From an uncultured cyanobacterium (GTDB taxonomy: Bacteria > Cyanobacteriota > Cyanobacteriia > Cyanobacteriales > CAWUOF01), in the NCBI GenBank assembly GCA_963744145.1, contig CAVUSO010000001.1:6272001-6336000 (forward strand): a stretch of DNA of 64,000 nt. Direction: 5' to 3'. The position numbers and the translations under genes are program-made. Position 1 is the stretch's first letter, and each line of letters opens with the position of its first letter. Of this stretch, positions 20,022 to 31,147 are shown piece by piece. The notes under the pieces are model-generated. The model was not told the DNA's origin. It worked only from the letters and a program-made list of their open reading frames with translations, and did not search any database.

Positions 20022-20330
20022 CTAAACCTCACGTTGGTATTTTTCGAGAATATCGATCAAGTTAACTTGACATTGCATGGGGAGCAAATCTAGCAAGGGA
20101 ATTTCCCTTTTCCCACCTCCCACCTTAATGGGAATATTACTGAGAATTTGGGTCACTTGATCTTCCCCAACAGAATTGCTAGTTAGGAGTGGATAAACTT
20201 GTTCGGCTACAACTGTATGTAATTTAGCATCGCTTAAATAAAGGTGCCATTTAGCGATATCTATATAAATATTCTCGCCAATTTCTGTGGCGAGAGATTC
20301 AAGTAATTCGGTGGTATTTGTTTTAGCCAT
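20022..20330 (-). CDS. DUF3181 family protein
   Basis: IGENIYIDIAKWHLYLSDAKLH...IPIKVGGGK. Confidence 0.8.
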   Translation of the reverse strand: MAKTNTTELLESLATEIGENIYIDIAKWHLYLSDAKLHTVVAEQVYPLLTSNSVGEDQVTQILSNIPIKVGGGKREIPLLDLLPMQCQVNLIDILEKYQREV

Positions 20331-20377
20331 AAAAGTCAGTTTTTATTTTCCTAGAGAACTGAAATCCAAATCTACAA

Positions 20378-20626
20378 TTAGGCTGATGGCTCAGAGTAAT
20401 TGGCGATCGCCAAAACATAAATCCCATGAGCGCCCAATAACAAAGCCCAACCAACTGTGACTAATCCAGCCCAAGACCAATCCGCATGGTACAAAGTCCG
20501 GAAAAACCACAAACCAGAATTACTAGCGGCAAAAATGCTGACATGGAAGGCAAAATTCATCCGATCATCTAAACGACGATAATCAGGATCATGCCGATCG
20601 GGTTTTCGTGGTCAACGAGGGGGCAT
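20378..20626 (-). pseudogene. Conserved cyanobacterial 2TM-domain protein with an in-frame TGA at codon 5 (possible sequence error)
   Basis: Reads MPPR*PRKPDRHDPDYRRLDDRMNFAFHV...; the family normally begins MPPRWPRKPDR. Confidence 0.75.
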
Positions 20627-20743
20627 AAAGTAATTTTCCTGAAAAATGACATTGCCGAATATAGCAGTTTTTGGACACTAATATTCAGACTACTACTATT
20701 TTTATTATAGCGGATTGAGGAGAAAAACGCAGCCCAGCGCCAA

Positions 20744-21826
20744 TTATCGAGGATTGCGATCCCAAGTAACTTGAGAAATTTGAGCTAACAAAGCTGCTTC
20801 TGCTTTAGGATCATTTAATGATTTAGCTAGCGCGATCGCTTGCAGATAAAAATTGCGAGATAAATTATATTGACCTAATTTTTGATAGAACTGACCAGCT
20901 AACTGGAACGATCGCATTTGTTGTAGAGGATTATTCTGCTCTTTTGCCAAAGCTAATCGCTGATTTAATAATTCCAAAGCCCGGGCATTGTTACCATTAA
21001 CATTATAAGTCTCTACCAAACCATCTAGAGCACGAAACTGATTAACTGGATCAAAACTTTGTTGAGCTAATCGCAAAGCAAGTCCATAAACATCTCTAGC
21101 GTCATCATAGTGAGTCAAATGTTGCTGAACATCTCCTAAAGAATTCATCGTGCTAGCTTCATTAATCGGATCATTAGCACTCCTCCACAATTCTAAAGCT
21201 TGATTATATTTCCCTAAAGCTGCTCCATAATTACCCAAATTAACTTCGACCAAACCAAGATTTTGCCAAGATAAAGCTTGACCAGCAAAACTTTGGATCT
21301 TAGTTGCGATCGTTAAAGCTTCATTAAAAGTTTTCTGCGCGGGAATTGGACTATTTTGTTTTAACAGAATAGTTCCCAATTGATTTAAACCAACCACCTG
21401 ACCTTGCAAATCCCGATGATTACGTGCGATCGCAATCCGACGACGAGCTGCATCATCAGCTTGATCATAACTTCCTAAACTCAAATAAACCTGACTCAGA
21501 TGATCATAAGTTAAAGCCATTGCATCTTCATCACCGATGTGGTGATAAATTTCCAATGCTTGTAACCAAGAATCAATCGCTTTTTCTGACTGACCACTAC
21601 TTTGCTGCTCACTACCTAACATGAACAAACGATCTGCTTCATTGCGATCAGCACCCTTTGTGCCATTATTAATTGGAATATCTAGTTGCTGATCAAGACT
21701 AACTGCGAAAACGGGGAAAGCTATCAACAGACCAGTACAACCAAATAACCAATAAACAGTAACCAGGATATTGCTAAAAGCCGAAATTCGGCGATCGCTT
21801 GGGTGCAAATAACTAGGTCGAACCAT
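20744..21826 (-). CDS. Tetratricopeptide repeat protein with an N-terminal signal/TM segment
   Basis: Repeated NQLG/NSLG...A...Y..AL helical motifs. Confidence 0.85.
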   Translation of the reverse strand: MVRPSYLHPSDRRISAFSNILVTVYWLFGCTGLLIAFPVFAVSLDQQLDIPINNGTKGADRNEADRLFMLGSEQQSSGQSEKAIDSWLQALEIYHHIGDEDAMALTYDHLSQVYLSLGSYDQADDAARRRIAIARNHRDLQGQVVGLNQLGTILLKQNSPIPAQKTFNEALTIATKIQSFAGQALSWQNLGLVEVNLGNYGAALGKYNQALELWRSANDPINEASTMNSLGDVQQHLTHYDDARDVYGLALRLAQQSFDPVNQFRALDGLVETYNVNGNNARALELLNQRLALAKEQNNPLQQMRSFQLAGQFYQKLGQYNLSRNFYLQAIALAKSLNDPKAEAALLAQISQVTWDRNPR

Positions 21827-21877
21827 CAGGTTTCCTCCGGTACTGCTAGAACAGAATTACTATTTATTATAGGAAAC

Positions 21878-22510
21878 CTAACCAACACCAACTTGAGCAG
21901 GAAAATAAATAGCCTTAATATCATCGGGTAAAGCTGCTTCTAGCAGTTGATAACCTTCTTGTAAACGAATTCTAATTTCTTGGGGAGACAAATTTTCACC
22001 TTCAGCTTGGAGATAAGCTGCAATTCGGGGTTCACTCCAGTGGAAAGTTTGCGCCATAACTATAATTAAACGTAGAGTTGCGGGTAATTGGTCTAACGCT
22101 AGTTGGACATAACACCATAGTGGAGGAGAAGCTTCTTTGAGAGAATAGTGAATTGATTCAACTGAGGGCAAATCTACTTGATTAATACATAAAGCTGTAA
22201 CATTTATTAACCAGTTTTGCAGAGTAAAATTACCAACTCCAGACATAGCTGCAACACTTAAATCTAAACCGCGCAATTCGTGGTAAATATGACGCCAAGT
22301 GAGAGCCAATAAGTAATCAGCTTGGACAGGGGACTTAGCTGAATTGCGAACTAAAGTATAAATAATGGGACTATAACGACAAAAAATAGCTGTGAAATAC
22401 TTCCCTTCTTCTGCATGACGCTGAAACAGGGTCAGGAGTTCAGTATCACTATGACGAGACAGCGATTTAATCATCGGATGATTAGTTTCAGGGAAATTAG
22501 GAATAGGCAT
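21878..22510 (-). CDS. Sigma-70/ECF-like RNA polymerase sigma factor family protein
   Basis: FTAIFCRYSPIIY, region-4-like ALDQLPATLRLII...WSEPRIAAYL. Confidence 0.7.
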   Translation of the reverse strand: MPIPNFPETNHPMIKSLSRHSDTELLTLFQRHAEEGKYFTAIFCRYSPIIYTLVRNSAKSPVQADYLLALTWRHIYHELRGLDLSVAAMSGVGNFTLQNWLINVTALCINQVDLPSVESIHYSLKEASPPLWCYVQLALDQLPATLRLIIVMAQTFHWSEPRIAAYLQAEGENLSPQEIRIRLQEGYQLLEAALPDDIKAIYFPAQVGVG

Positions 22511-22613
22511 ACAATTCGGGGCTAAATTTTTTCATGGGTACACAGATATTATTTAATTATATCTGATCTCAGGGATTAGTAGTCAGGTCAGATCACTGAT
22601 CATAGTAATTTTC

Positions 22614-22641
22614 GTAGGGGCGTATTGCAATACGCCCCTAC
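22614..22641. repeat. 28-nt GTAG-type REP-like palindrome (perfect copy)
   Basis: GTAGGGGCGTATTGCAATACGCCCCTAC. Confidence 0.92.
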
Positions 22642-22712
22642 TCATTAATGTTCTTGACCTTTATGTAACTTTGGTACTACATTTTGTAGTGCGGAATGTA
22701 GGTTTAAATTAT

Positions 22713-23288
22713 TTAATCAATATTACCCACAGCCAAAACTTGCTCAACGGTAATAGATAATTCTGGAAATGTTTGAGAAACAATTGGTAGACTTTCTGTA
22801 AAAACAGTTTCTTCATACAATCCCTCTACTAAAAGTAGCACAGTAATCTGATTTTTCAGCGGATCTACAATCCAATATTCAGGAATTTCTAGTGCCCCAT
22901 ATTCAGAACGTTTATAACGATAGTCTCGATTTATTGATTCAGGACTAACGACCTCAACAGCTAATAAAGGGGGAATTTCAGCAATAGCAGAGCGATCGAG
23001 AAATTCCCGCACCTGTTCAACAGTTATTATATAAAGATCAGCTAATCTTGATTTCCGCCATCCAGTTCTAATTCCTGCTTCTCGAAAACAGAGCCAAGGT
23101 AACCCTAAACGTTTGATTTCCGCCTTAAAATTGTCGTGAAGAAAATCAGTAATTAGCAAATGTCTAAATGTGGGTGGGTTCGCCAATTCTAATCTCCCAT
23201 CAACCAATTCATAACGGCGATCTGTACCATCATTATAGGTGAGATATTCCTCAAAACTATATTGCTGTTCAGCAGTTGTTACAGTCAT
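22713..23288 (-). CDS. Uma2 family endonuclease
   Basis: RYELVDG, LAVEVVSP..RDYRYKRSEY..IPEYWIVDP. Confidence 0.9.
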   Translation of the reverse strand: MTVTTAEQQYSFEEYLTYNDGTDRRYELVDGRLELANPPTFRHLLITDFLHDNFKAEIKRLGLPWLCFREAGIRTGWRKSRLADLYIITVEQVREFLDRSAIAEIPPLLAVEVVSPESINRDYRYKRSEYGALEIPEYWIVDPLKNQITVLLLVEGLYEETVFTESLPIVSQTFPELSITVEQVLAVGNID

Positions 23289-23455
23289 GCTTGGTTTTAC
23301 CTAAAATAACTCTTGTCAACAACCCAATTTTATCGGCTATTATACAATTTTGATACATCCAACCCTCTTGAGCAGTAGGTGGTCATAAGGAAATAACATA
23401 ATATGTTAACTTTTGTAAAAAAATCAACCCTCCCCATTCCCCCCATTCCTAACAA

Positions 23456-26400
23456 ATGTCATTAAATTCCTTACGAAAATCAGCAGTAGCTTGGCACAGT
23501 TTAGAAATTGAGACAACCCTGAAGCAACTTCAGAGCGATCGCAATGAGGGATTAACTTCGGCCCAAGTAGGGGAACGTTGGTCAATCTATGGTCCAAATG
23601 AATTAAAAGAAACCGCTGGTCGCACCGCGCTAACCATATTGTGGGATCAGTTCAAAAACATCATGTTATTGATGTTAATTGCTGTAGCCTTAATTTCGGC
23701 CAGTTTGGACTTATTTTCCCTTTATTCAGGTAGTAAGAGTTCGGAAGAAATTCCCTTTAAAGATGCGATCGCCATTTTGATCATTGTGATCCTGAATGGG
23801 ATTTTAGGCTACCTCCAAGAAAGTCGTGCCGAAAAAGCGCTAGCTGCTCTCAAAAGTCTAGCTTCACCCCAAGTGCGAGCAATCCGCAATGGTAGAATTA
23901 TTGAACTTGCAGCTAAAGAATTAGTACCAGGAGATATTATCCTGCTCGAAGCAGGAGTACAAGTTCCAGCAGATGGTCGATTGATTGAAACAGTGAATCT
24001 GCAAATTCGGGAAGCAACTTTAACTGGTGAAGCACAAGCAGTCAATAAAGATGCAAGAAAATCACTTACAGTAGATACTTCTTTAGCCGATCGCATTAAT
24101 TTAGTCTTTCAGGGTACAGAAGTAGTCCAAGGACGCGGAAAAGTCCTAGTCACGAATACGGGAATGCAAACCGAAATTGGACGGATTGCAGCAATGTTGC
24201 AATCGGTGGAAAACGAACCCACACCTTTGCAAAACCGGATGACTCAGCTAGGTAATTTTTTAGTGACAGGCTCCTTAGTTCTGGTAACTTTGGTTGTGGT
24301 CGGTGGCATAATCAAGCTAGGGATCGGAGCATTTATCAATTTATTAGAAGTTTCCCTGAGTATGGCTGTAGCTGTAGTACCCGAAGGATTACCCGCAGTT
24401 ATTACCGTAACTTTGGCTCTGGGTACGCAAAGAATGGTCAAACGTCACGCACTGATTCGCAAATTACCAGCAGTAGAAACTTTAGGATCAGTGACAACGA
24501 TTTGCTCTGATAAAACCGGAACTCTGACTCAAAATAAAATGGTTGTTCAAGGTGTGAACACTCCGAGTCATAGTTTTCATGTTGGTGGTGAAGGTTATGC
24601 TCCGATCGGGGAATTTACCACTCAAGATACAGTAGTCAATCATAAGAAACGCAATCCAGAACTTCAAGCAGTAGCACTTGCTGGTGTAATTTGTAATGAC
24701 GCATTTTTGCAACAGGAACAGGGAGAATGGAAAATTATCGGTGATCCGACGGAAGGAGCATTATTATCCCTAGCTGGTAAAGCTGATATTTATCAGGAAA
24801 CTTGTCAAACAGAATTCCGACGAGTCATGGAATTTCCGTTTTCTTCAGAACGTAAACGGATGAGTGTAATTTGTGAGAAATCGAGAGCGGAATTTGCCCA
24901 ATTAGGTGAGATCCTTAATTCTCGTTTATCTCTACTTAATTCTGCTTATGTCATGTTTACCAAAGGATCTCCGGAACTGATCTTAGAACGCTGTACTCAG
25001 ATTCAGAGAGGAACTGAGATCGAGATGCTCACCGATAGTCAGCGTGATCAGATTTTAAACCAAAATAATTTCATGGCTGGACGGGGCTGGAGAGTGCTAG
25101 GATTTGCCTGTAAACCTAGTGATATTTTACCAGCACCAGGCACAGAAGAAACCGCTGAAAAAGATTTAGTTTGGCTAGGATTAGTGGGAATGTTAGATGC
25201 ACCCCGTCCTGAAGTTCGTGAAGCAGTAGCTAAATGTCAGCAAGCAGGAATTCGTCCAGTGATGATTACCGGAGATCATCAATTAACTGCAATTGCGATC
25301 GCACAGGATTTAGGGATTGCTAAACGAGGTGATCAGGTTCTAGTTGGTCAAGAATTAGAAAAACTGAGTCAAGCGGAACTAGAACAACGAGTTGAACAAG
25401 TTAGTGTTTATGCGCGGGTGTCTCCAGAACATAAACTACGGATTGTGCAAGCATTACAAAGTCTTGGACATATTGTCGCGATGACTGGAGATGGTGTAAA
25501 TGATGCACCAGCACTTAAACAAGCTGACATCGGAATTGCAATGGGAATTACCGGAACTGATGTTAGTAAAGAAGCCAGTGATATGGTGTTATTGGATGAT
25601 AATTTTGCCACGATCGTAGCTGCTGCTGAGGAAGGTCGAGTGGTATATACTAACATTCGGCGTTTTATTAAATATATTCTGGGTAGTAATTTTGGAGAAG
25701 TTTTAACTATTGCTGCTGCACCGATAATTGGTTTGGGTGGTGTACCGATGACTCCTTTACAAATCTTGTGGATGAATTTAGTCACAGATGGTGTTCCAGC
25801 TTTAGCTTTAGCAGTCGAACCTGGAGAACCTAATGTGATGCAAATTCCCCCCCATCATCCCCAGGAAAGTATTTTTGCCCGTGGGTTAGGATCTTATATG
25901 ATCCGCACAGGTATAGTTTTAGCAATTATTACGATTACGTTAATGACTTGGGCTTATAGTCATACCCATGCTCCTGGATATCAGGGTGATCAGGATGCTT
26001 GGAAAACGATGGTGTTTACAGCTTTATGTATTGCCCAAATGGGTCACGCGATCGCGATTCGCTCCTATACTCAATTGACAATTGAATTAAATCCTTTCTC
26101 CAATAAGTATATTTGGGGAGCAGTGATTCTCACTACGATTTTGCAATTGCTGCTGATCTATATTGCCCCATTGCGAAATTTTTTTGGTACGCACTATCTC
26201 AATCCCATCGAATTATCCATCTGTCTTGGGTTTAGTGTATTGATGTTTGTTTGGATTGAGTTAGAAAAATTGTTTGTTCGTTGGTATTTCTCGCTGAAAA
26301 TTGCGAGAGATTTATCCACTAAAAACTTCAACTTGTTAATTGGCTCAGTCGGATCATTTTTATTAGGAATTGTCGCTGCTTATGGGTCAGGACGGATTAT

Positions 26401-26569
26401 TTGTGAACTAAATCGTTGTATGTGGGTAGTCTCAGGAACTGGTAAGAATTCCCTGGGTTTTTTGATTGACTCTGGTCTTGCTAAAGTAGTGGAATCCTTA
26501 CCGATCGCTTTATTTGGAATTGCGGTAGCTTTGTTGGTAGGCTGGATGGTTAAATCTAATCAGAATTAA
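23456..26569 (+). CDS. pacL: Cation-translocating P-type ATPase (PacL/Ca2+-type, P2A)
   Basis: [35 protein letters not shown]. Carries an extra C-terminal hydrophobic tail. Confidence 0.9.
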   Translation: MSLNSLRKSAVAWHSLEIETTLKQLQSDRNEGLTSAQVGERWSIYGPNELKETAGRTALTILWDQFKNIMLLMLIAVALISASLDLFSLYSGSKSSEEIPFKDAIAILIIVILNGILGYLQESRAEKALAALKSLASPQVRAIRNGRIIELAAKELVPGDIILLEAGVQVPADGRLIETVNLQIREATLTGEAQAVNKDARKSLTVDTSLADRINLVFQGTEVVQGRGKVLVTNTGMQTEIGRIAAMLQSVENEPTPLQNRMTQLGNFLVTGSLVLVTLVVVGGIIKLGIGAFINLLEVSLSMAVAVVPEGLPAVITVTLALGTQRMVKRHALIRKLPAVETLGSVTTICSDKTGTLTQNKMVVQGVNTPSHSFHVGGEGYAPIGEFTTQDTVVNHKKRNPELQAVALAGVICNDAFLQQEQGEWKIIGDPTEGALLSLAGKADIYQETCQTEFRRVMEFPFSSERKRMSVICEKSRAEFAQLGEILNSRLSLLNSAYVMFTKGSPELILERCTQIQRGTEIEMLTDSQRDQILNQNNFMAGRGWRVLGFACKPSDILPAPGTEETAEKDLVWLGLVGMLDAPRPEVREAVAKCQQAGIRPVMITGDHQLTAIAIAQDLGIAKRGDQVLVGQELEKLSQAELEQRVEQVSVYARVSPEHKLRIVQALQSLGHIVAMTGDGVNDAPALKQADIGIAMGITGTDVSKEASDMVLLDDNFATIVAAAEEGRVVYTNIRRFIKYILGSNFGEVLTIAAAPIIGLGGVPMTPLQILWMNLVTDGVPALALAVEPGEPNVMQIPPHHPQESIFARGLGSYMIRTGIVLAIITITLMTWAYSHTHAPGYQGDQDAWKTMVFTALCIAQMGHAIAIRSYTQLTIELNPFSNKYIWGAVILTTILQLLLIYIAPLRNFFGTHYLNPIELSICLGFSVLMFVWIELEKLFVRWYFSLKIARDLSTKNFNLLIGSVGSFLLGIVAAYGSGRIICELNRCMWVVSGTGKNSLGFLIDSGLAKVVESLPIALFGIAVALLVGWMVKSNQN

Positions 26570-26611
26570 AATATCTTAGCAGTTCCCCTCTTGCTCCCTA
26601 TCACCTGACCA

Positions 26612-27754
26612 ATGTATCTCCAAACTCTCCATTTGCGACAGTTCCGTAATTATCAAGATTGCGCGATCGACTTTTTGGCTCCGAAAACGATTTTGGTAGG
26701 CAATAATGCTCAAGGAAAATCCAATCTGCTGGAAGCAGTAGAATTGTTGTCCACCCTGAAAAGTCATCGGGTCAGTCGCGATCGCGATTTAATTCGGGAT
26801 ACGGATACGGATAGTGAGATCCGAGCTACTGTAGCTCGACAAAATGGAATAGTTGATTTAGGGATAATTTTACGTGCTAATGGTCGTCGGACGGTGATGT
26901 TTAATCGGGAAAATTGCCGTCGTCATCTGGATTTTTTAGGTATTCTGAAGGCAGTACAATTTTCGAGTTTGGATCTGAATTTAGTTCGAGGTGGTCCAGA
27001 TGAGCGACGACATTGGTTAGATCGACTGTTGATTCAACTTGAACCAATTTATGCTCATATTTTGCATCAGTACAATCAAGTTTTGCGTCAGCGCAATGCT
27101 TTGTTAAAGTTAAGGTTACAACGACAGCATCTGAATCCCGAATTGGTTAATCTTGATGCTGATCCAGAAATGGCAATTTGGGATGCTCAGTTAGCAACCA
27201 GTGGTTCCCGTGTTACTCGTCGTAGAGCGAGAGCTTTAGTCCGGTTAGCTCCCTTAGCTCAAATTTGGCACCAAAATATTAGTGGTAAAACCGAGTTACT
27301 TGAGGTCAGATATGCTCCTAATATACCCAATCAAGGAGAAAGTCCGGAAATTGTCGAACAGGTTTTTTTAGAAAAAATCCAGACCCGAGCGATCGCAGAA
27401 ACCCATCAAGGAATATCTTTGGTCGGTCCCCACCGTGATGAGATTGAGTTGATGATTAATCAGACTCCTGCTAAATCCTATGGTTCTCAGGGTCAACAGC
27501 GTACCTTAGTTTTAGCATTAAAATTGGCAGAACTCCAATTAATCGAAGAGGTGATTGGTGAACCACCTTTACTCTTACTCGATGATGTTCTAGCTGAATT
27601 AGATATTTATCGTCAAAATCAGTTACTAGAAGCAATTCAAAATCGTTTTCAAACTCTAATTACCACAACCCACTTAGGTGCTTTTGATTCCCTATGGCTC
27701 AATTCTTCCCAAATTCTTGCCGTTGATGCTGGTAAAGTAGTTCAATGTGAATAA
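26612..27754 (+). CDS. recF: DNA replication/repair protein RecF
   Basis: GNNAQGKSN, GPHRD, GSQGQQR, LLLDDVLAELD. Confidence 0.97.
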   Translation: MYLQTLHLRQFRNYQDCAIDFLAPKTILVGNNAQGKSNLLEAVELLSTLKSHRVSRDRDLIRDTDTDSEIRATVARQNGIVDLGIILRANGRRTVMFNRENCRRHLDFLGILKAVQFSSLDLNLVRGGPDERRHWLDRLLIQLEPIYAHILHQYNQVLRQRNALLKLRLQRQHLNPELVNLDADPEMAIWDAQLATSGSRVTRRRARALVRLAPLAQIWHQNISGKTELLEVRYAPNIPNQGESPEIVEQVFLEKIQTRAIAETHQGISLVGPHRDEIELMINQTPAKSYGSQGQQRTLVLALKLAELQLIEEVIGEPPLLLLDDVLAELDIYRQNQLLEAIQNRFQTLITTTHLGAFDSLWLNSSQILAVDAGKVVQCE

Positions 27755-27773
27755 AGCCTAAATATTTAGTGGT

Positions 27774-27797
27774 TTTTTTTAGCGATCGCTAAAAAAA
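27774..27797. terminator. HIP1-centred perfect palindrome after recF, possible terminator
   Basis: TTTTTTTAGCGATCGCTAAAAAAA, 20 nt after the stop codon. Confidence 0.4.
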
Positions 27798-28002
27798 CTC
27801 TCCATCCTAATTACCCGTATAATTTAGCGGTAGTTGATTGGGACTAATGTATGGGCTATTTTTTTGATTTATGGGATTTTTGTCCTGCTCTTTCCGCCAA
27901 ACTGTAGAATTATCTTATGATCTAGGTTTTGATGGGTGAGGATCTATATCAATGAAGGATATTTGATTTTGGGTAATGATTTTTTAAAATGTGGATATTT
28001 AT

Positions 28003-28410
28003 ATGAATTGTCAGGAAATTGCTGCGTTGGGAGCTTCGTTACGACGAATCGATCAAAAGCTCTTAAAGAAAGTTGATTATCATAATAATACTACTACCAG
28101 AATCTGGTATCAGGGAGGAGAACCTTATTTTGATATTTTCTTTGATTTAAAAGATCATAAAATTATCTGGTTTCAATTTACTTTTCGCGGTCAATTTCTC
28201 TGTTGGGATCAAAAACAAGCTGAAATTAAAACTGGCAAAACTAATGAATTAGTGTTCGATGATATTGGCTATTATCCTGCTAGTAAAATTATTGAAGCCG
28301 ATCAGAATTCTGATGCAGATTTTCAATTTTTCGTAAAAAAAATTCTTACCACTCGAGCTGAAGAAGAAATTTTTGCTCAAGCGATCGCTTTATTAGATCA
28401 TAATGGATAA
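28003..28410 (+). CDS. Conserved hypothetical protein
   Basis: ORF of about 135 aa (IWYQGGEPYFD, WFQFTFRGQ). Alternative GTG start at 27991. Confidence 0.75.
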   Translation: MNCQEIAALGASLRRIDQKLLKKVDYHNNTTTRIWYQGGEPYFDIFFDLKDHKIIWFQFTFRGQFLCWDQKQAEIKTGKTNELVFDDIGYYPASKIIEADQNSDADFQFFVKKILTTRAEEEIFAQAIALLDHNG

Positions 28411-28472
28411 TATGTAGGGGCTTACTTCTTGTCTGTTTCAGAAGCAGGCGATCGGACTACCGAAATTATCGG

Positions 28473-29261
28473 TCAAATAATCTCATCAGGATTTACTCCC
28501 ATTGCTCGTAAGTGAGCAGCTAGTTTTTCAGCTCTCTGTTGAGCTTGTTGAGCTTGGAGTTGAGCTTGTTGAGCTTGTTGTTGAGCTTGTTGAACTTGTT
28601 GTTGAGCTTGTTGAACTTGTTGTTGAGCTTGCTGGGTATCTTCTTGTGGAGTCGGGAGCAAACCTCCTGGTAACGTAGCCCAACGTAGCCAAGTAGCCTC
28701 AACACCTTTATAATTACCTTGCCAACGTACCAATGCTAAACCTAAATGTCCACTGATTAATCGTCCTTTTTCATCCCTATTTAGAGGTTGATATACTCCT
28801 TTTTCTAAGCTAAATCCAGCCCAATCTTCAGGATTAAATGGATCATACCAAAAATATTCGGGAACTCTGACCTGATCTTGATACACTTGCTTTTTTTCAG
28901 TTTTGTCTTTGCTAGCTGTACTCTCAGAAATCAGTTCAATGATTACATCTGGTGCTTTCCCTTCATCCCAAACCACCCAACTGAGTCTTTCACCTTTAGG
29001 TACTCCTAGCACTACAAAGACATCCGGTCCTCGAAAATCTTGATTTTTAACTTGATCTATACTAAAATAGAGGTACATATTGCCGCCCACATAGCCATCC
29101 TCTCGCTTATGCAACCACGGGATTAAGGGATCGATCAACATTTCCATCTGAAGTTTATGTCGCTGGGTTTCCATAGGAATACCATCATCACAGGGAAGAT
29201 CGTACTGGGTTGGTGGTAGAGTTAAAGCAATGGAGGTTGATGCCGGAATCGGTTTAGACAT
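28473..29261 (-). CDS. Uma2 family endonuclease with a Gln-rich coiled-coil tail
   Basis: PMETQRH, GPDVFVV, PDVIIELISEST, VPEYFWYDP. 21-bp tandem repeat at about 28538-28633. Confidence 0.9.
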   Translation of the reverse strand: MSKPIPASTSIALTLPPTQYDLPCDDGIPMETQRHKLQMEMLIDPLIPWLHKREDGYVGGNMYLYFSIDQVKNQDFRGPDVFVVLGVPKGERLSWVVWDEGKAPDVIIELISESTASKDKTEKKQVYQDQVRVPEYFWYDPFNPEDWAGFSLEKGVYQPLNRDEKGRLISGHLGLALVRWQGNYKGVEATWLRWATLPGGLLPTPQEDTQQAQQQVQQAQQQVQQAQQQAQQAQLQAQQAQQRAEKLAAHLRAMGVNPDEII

Positions 29262-29321
29262 ATTTTTTTCTCTGGTTGTACCTACCTACTTAACTTTAAC
29301 ACCAAAATTAAATCAGTAACT

Positions 29322-30716
29322 ATGAGTAATAAAATAGCAGTTTCAAATCATTTGAAAACCCCCCCATCAGCGATCGCTAAATTAAATACTCCACAATTAA
29401 TTAAAGCTGGATTATCTCTAACTTGGGGAGCTAGTTTTTTGCTGCTGATTACTACCTTATCAGGAATACAATCCGCGAAATTAGCGATAAAAACTGTCGG
29501 GAAAGATGCAGCACCCAGTATTGAAGCAGCCCAGTATATTAAAGCTGGATTAGCTGATATGGATGCCAATATAGCTAATGAATTAATTGAGCAACCTGGA
29601 CAAAATCAGAGTGCAGTTAAAGCTTATGGAGAGAGACTTGAGAAAGTTACTACAAAATTGATTACTGCTGCGGAAAATATTACATACGGAGATGCTGAAC
29701 GGATACCGATTCAAACCTTACAAATACGATTAAGTGATTATATTGCCAAAGTTCAACAAGCACGAGACTTTCATCAGCGTCGCGATTTAGCTGGGGTTTT
29801 GAATGCTTATCGAGCATCAGCTGAATTGATTGATCAGAAACTTTCTCCTGCGGCTGATCAACTATTAGCGGCTAACCAAGAAGCACTTAATCGTACCTAT
29901 GAACAGCAGTGGGGCACTTCAGTTCGATCGCTTTTTTTTATTATTATCTCTACCCTGATCTTGTTAGGCACATTGATAATATTGCAATTATTTCTTTATC
30001 GTCGGATGCGCCGGATTATTAACCCCATGTTGTTAACAGCTACAGCGATCACTTTACTCTTTTTCAGTTATATCACATCTGCCCTATTGTCAGCATCTAA
30101 TCACCTCAAAATTGCTAAACAAGACGCATTTAATTCGATCGATGCTCTGTGGAAAACTCGCGCTCTAGCTTATAGTGCTAATGCTGATGAAAGTCGATAT
30201 TTACTTGATCAAGCTCGTGCTAATAATCACCAACAGGCTTTTTTAGCCAAAATTACTAAACTCGCTAATATACCAACTGGTCAAACTTTTGCTACTGTAG
30301 CATCAGCTTTTGCCAATAATCAAAAAGTAGATAACTTTACCGGATTCTTAGCTGATGAGTTAAACAATATTACTTTTGCTGGTGAAAAAAAATCTGCCCT
30401 GAATGCGCTAGAGGAATTGGGTCTATATGTAACCATAGATCAAAAAATCCGTCAACTTCAACAAACCGGTAAATCTAATGAAGCGATCGCTCTTTGTACT
30501 GGTAATAAACCAGGGGAATCTAATTGGGCATTTAACCAGTTCGATCTTGCTCTGCAAAAAACCTTAGATATTAACCAACAAGCTTTTGACCAAGCAGTTG
30601 ACCAAGGATTCAAGGATGTAGAAGGTTTTGAAATTATCATCCCGATTGTGACTATTGCGATCGGACTCCTTACTCTCTTGGGACTGCTACCACGTTGGCA
30701 AGAATATTCTCGCTAA
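29322..30716 (+). CDS. Four-TM membrane protein with two helical extracytoplasmic domains (GlnX-like)
   Basis: TM1, helical domain (AGLADMDANIAN), TM2-RRMRRIINP-TM3, second helical domain (ANADESRYL), TM4 ending GLLPRWQEY. Recognised by eye as resembling actinobacterial GlnX. Confidence 0.7.
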   Translation: MSNKIAVSNHLKTPPSAIAKLNTPQLIKAGLSLTWGASFLLLITTLSGIQSAKLAIKTVGKDAAPSIEAAQYIKAGLADMDANIANELIEQPGQNQSAVKAYGERLEKVTTKLITAAENITYGDAERIPIQTLQIRLSDYIAKVQQARDFHQRRDLAGVLNAYRASAELIDQKLSPAADQLLAANQEALNRTYEQQWGTSVRSLFFIIISTLILLGTLIILQLFLYRRMRRIINPMLLTATAITLLFFSYITSALLSASNHLKIAKQDAFNSIDALWKTRALAYSANADESRYLLDQARANNHQQAFLAKITKLANIPTGQTFATVASAFANNQKVDNFTGFLADELNNITFAGEKKSALNALEELGLYVTIDQKIRQLQQTGKSNEAIALCTGNKPGESNWAFNQFDLALQKTLDINQQAFDQAVDQGFKDVEGFEIIIPIVTIAIGLLTLLGLLPRWQEYSR

Positions 30717-30883
30717 TCATCACAACTTTTGTCAGAATCACCCAATTGGGTTACTCATTAGCATGAAGTAGAAACAATATTTCTCACATTATTCTAAGAA
30801 AAAAAACCTGAATCATCTACTTTACATCCGTAAAGTATTTGGGTTAACCACTATCCATGAGGAATGGTGACAATTATACCATG

Positions 30884-30925
30884 GGGGCTTATTGCCATAA
30901 GCCCCTACCACTAATAAGCCCCTAC
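30884..30925. repeat. REP-like palindrome plus a half copy
   Basis: GGGGCTTATTGCCATAAGCCCCTAC followed by ATAAGCCCCTAC. Confidence 0.7.
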
Positions 30926-31129
30926 CACATTTATCCACATGATCAGCAATTAGAGGGGATCAGATTGAACAAAAACTCAAGATTTTGTTTTCTAAGATGC
31001 AGTTATCCCCAAGATTCCTGGGTAACCTCAACTATACAACCTCTCTTCCTTGCTTGTTGAGTGGACAATGACTCGTAATTCTTCTACCAGGGAAAATCAA
31101 CTTTGTCTAGTGTATTTTAAGCTGATAAT

Positions 31130-31147
31130 GTTACAATTTTTAACAAA
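31130..31147 (+). promoter_or_regulatory. HLR1 (RpaB-binding) direct repeat
   Basis: GTTACAAT-TT-TTAACAAA matches the (G/T)TTACA(T/A)(T/A)-N2 repeat and lies upstream of a group 2 sigma gene. Confidence 0.65.

Noticed and set aside
20612..20614. Selenocysteine or programmed readthrough at the in-frame TGA
   Set aside because: The aligned residue in the family is Trp, not Cys, and no SECIS-like hairpin is evident. A point change or miscall is simpler.
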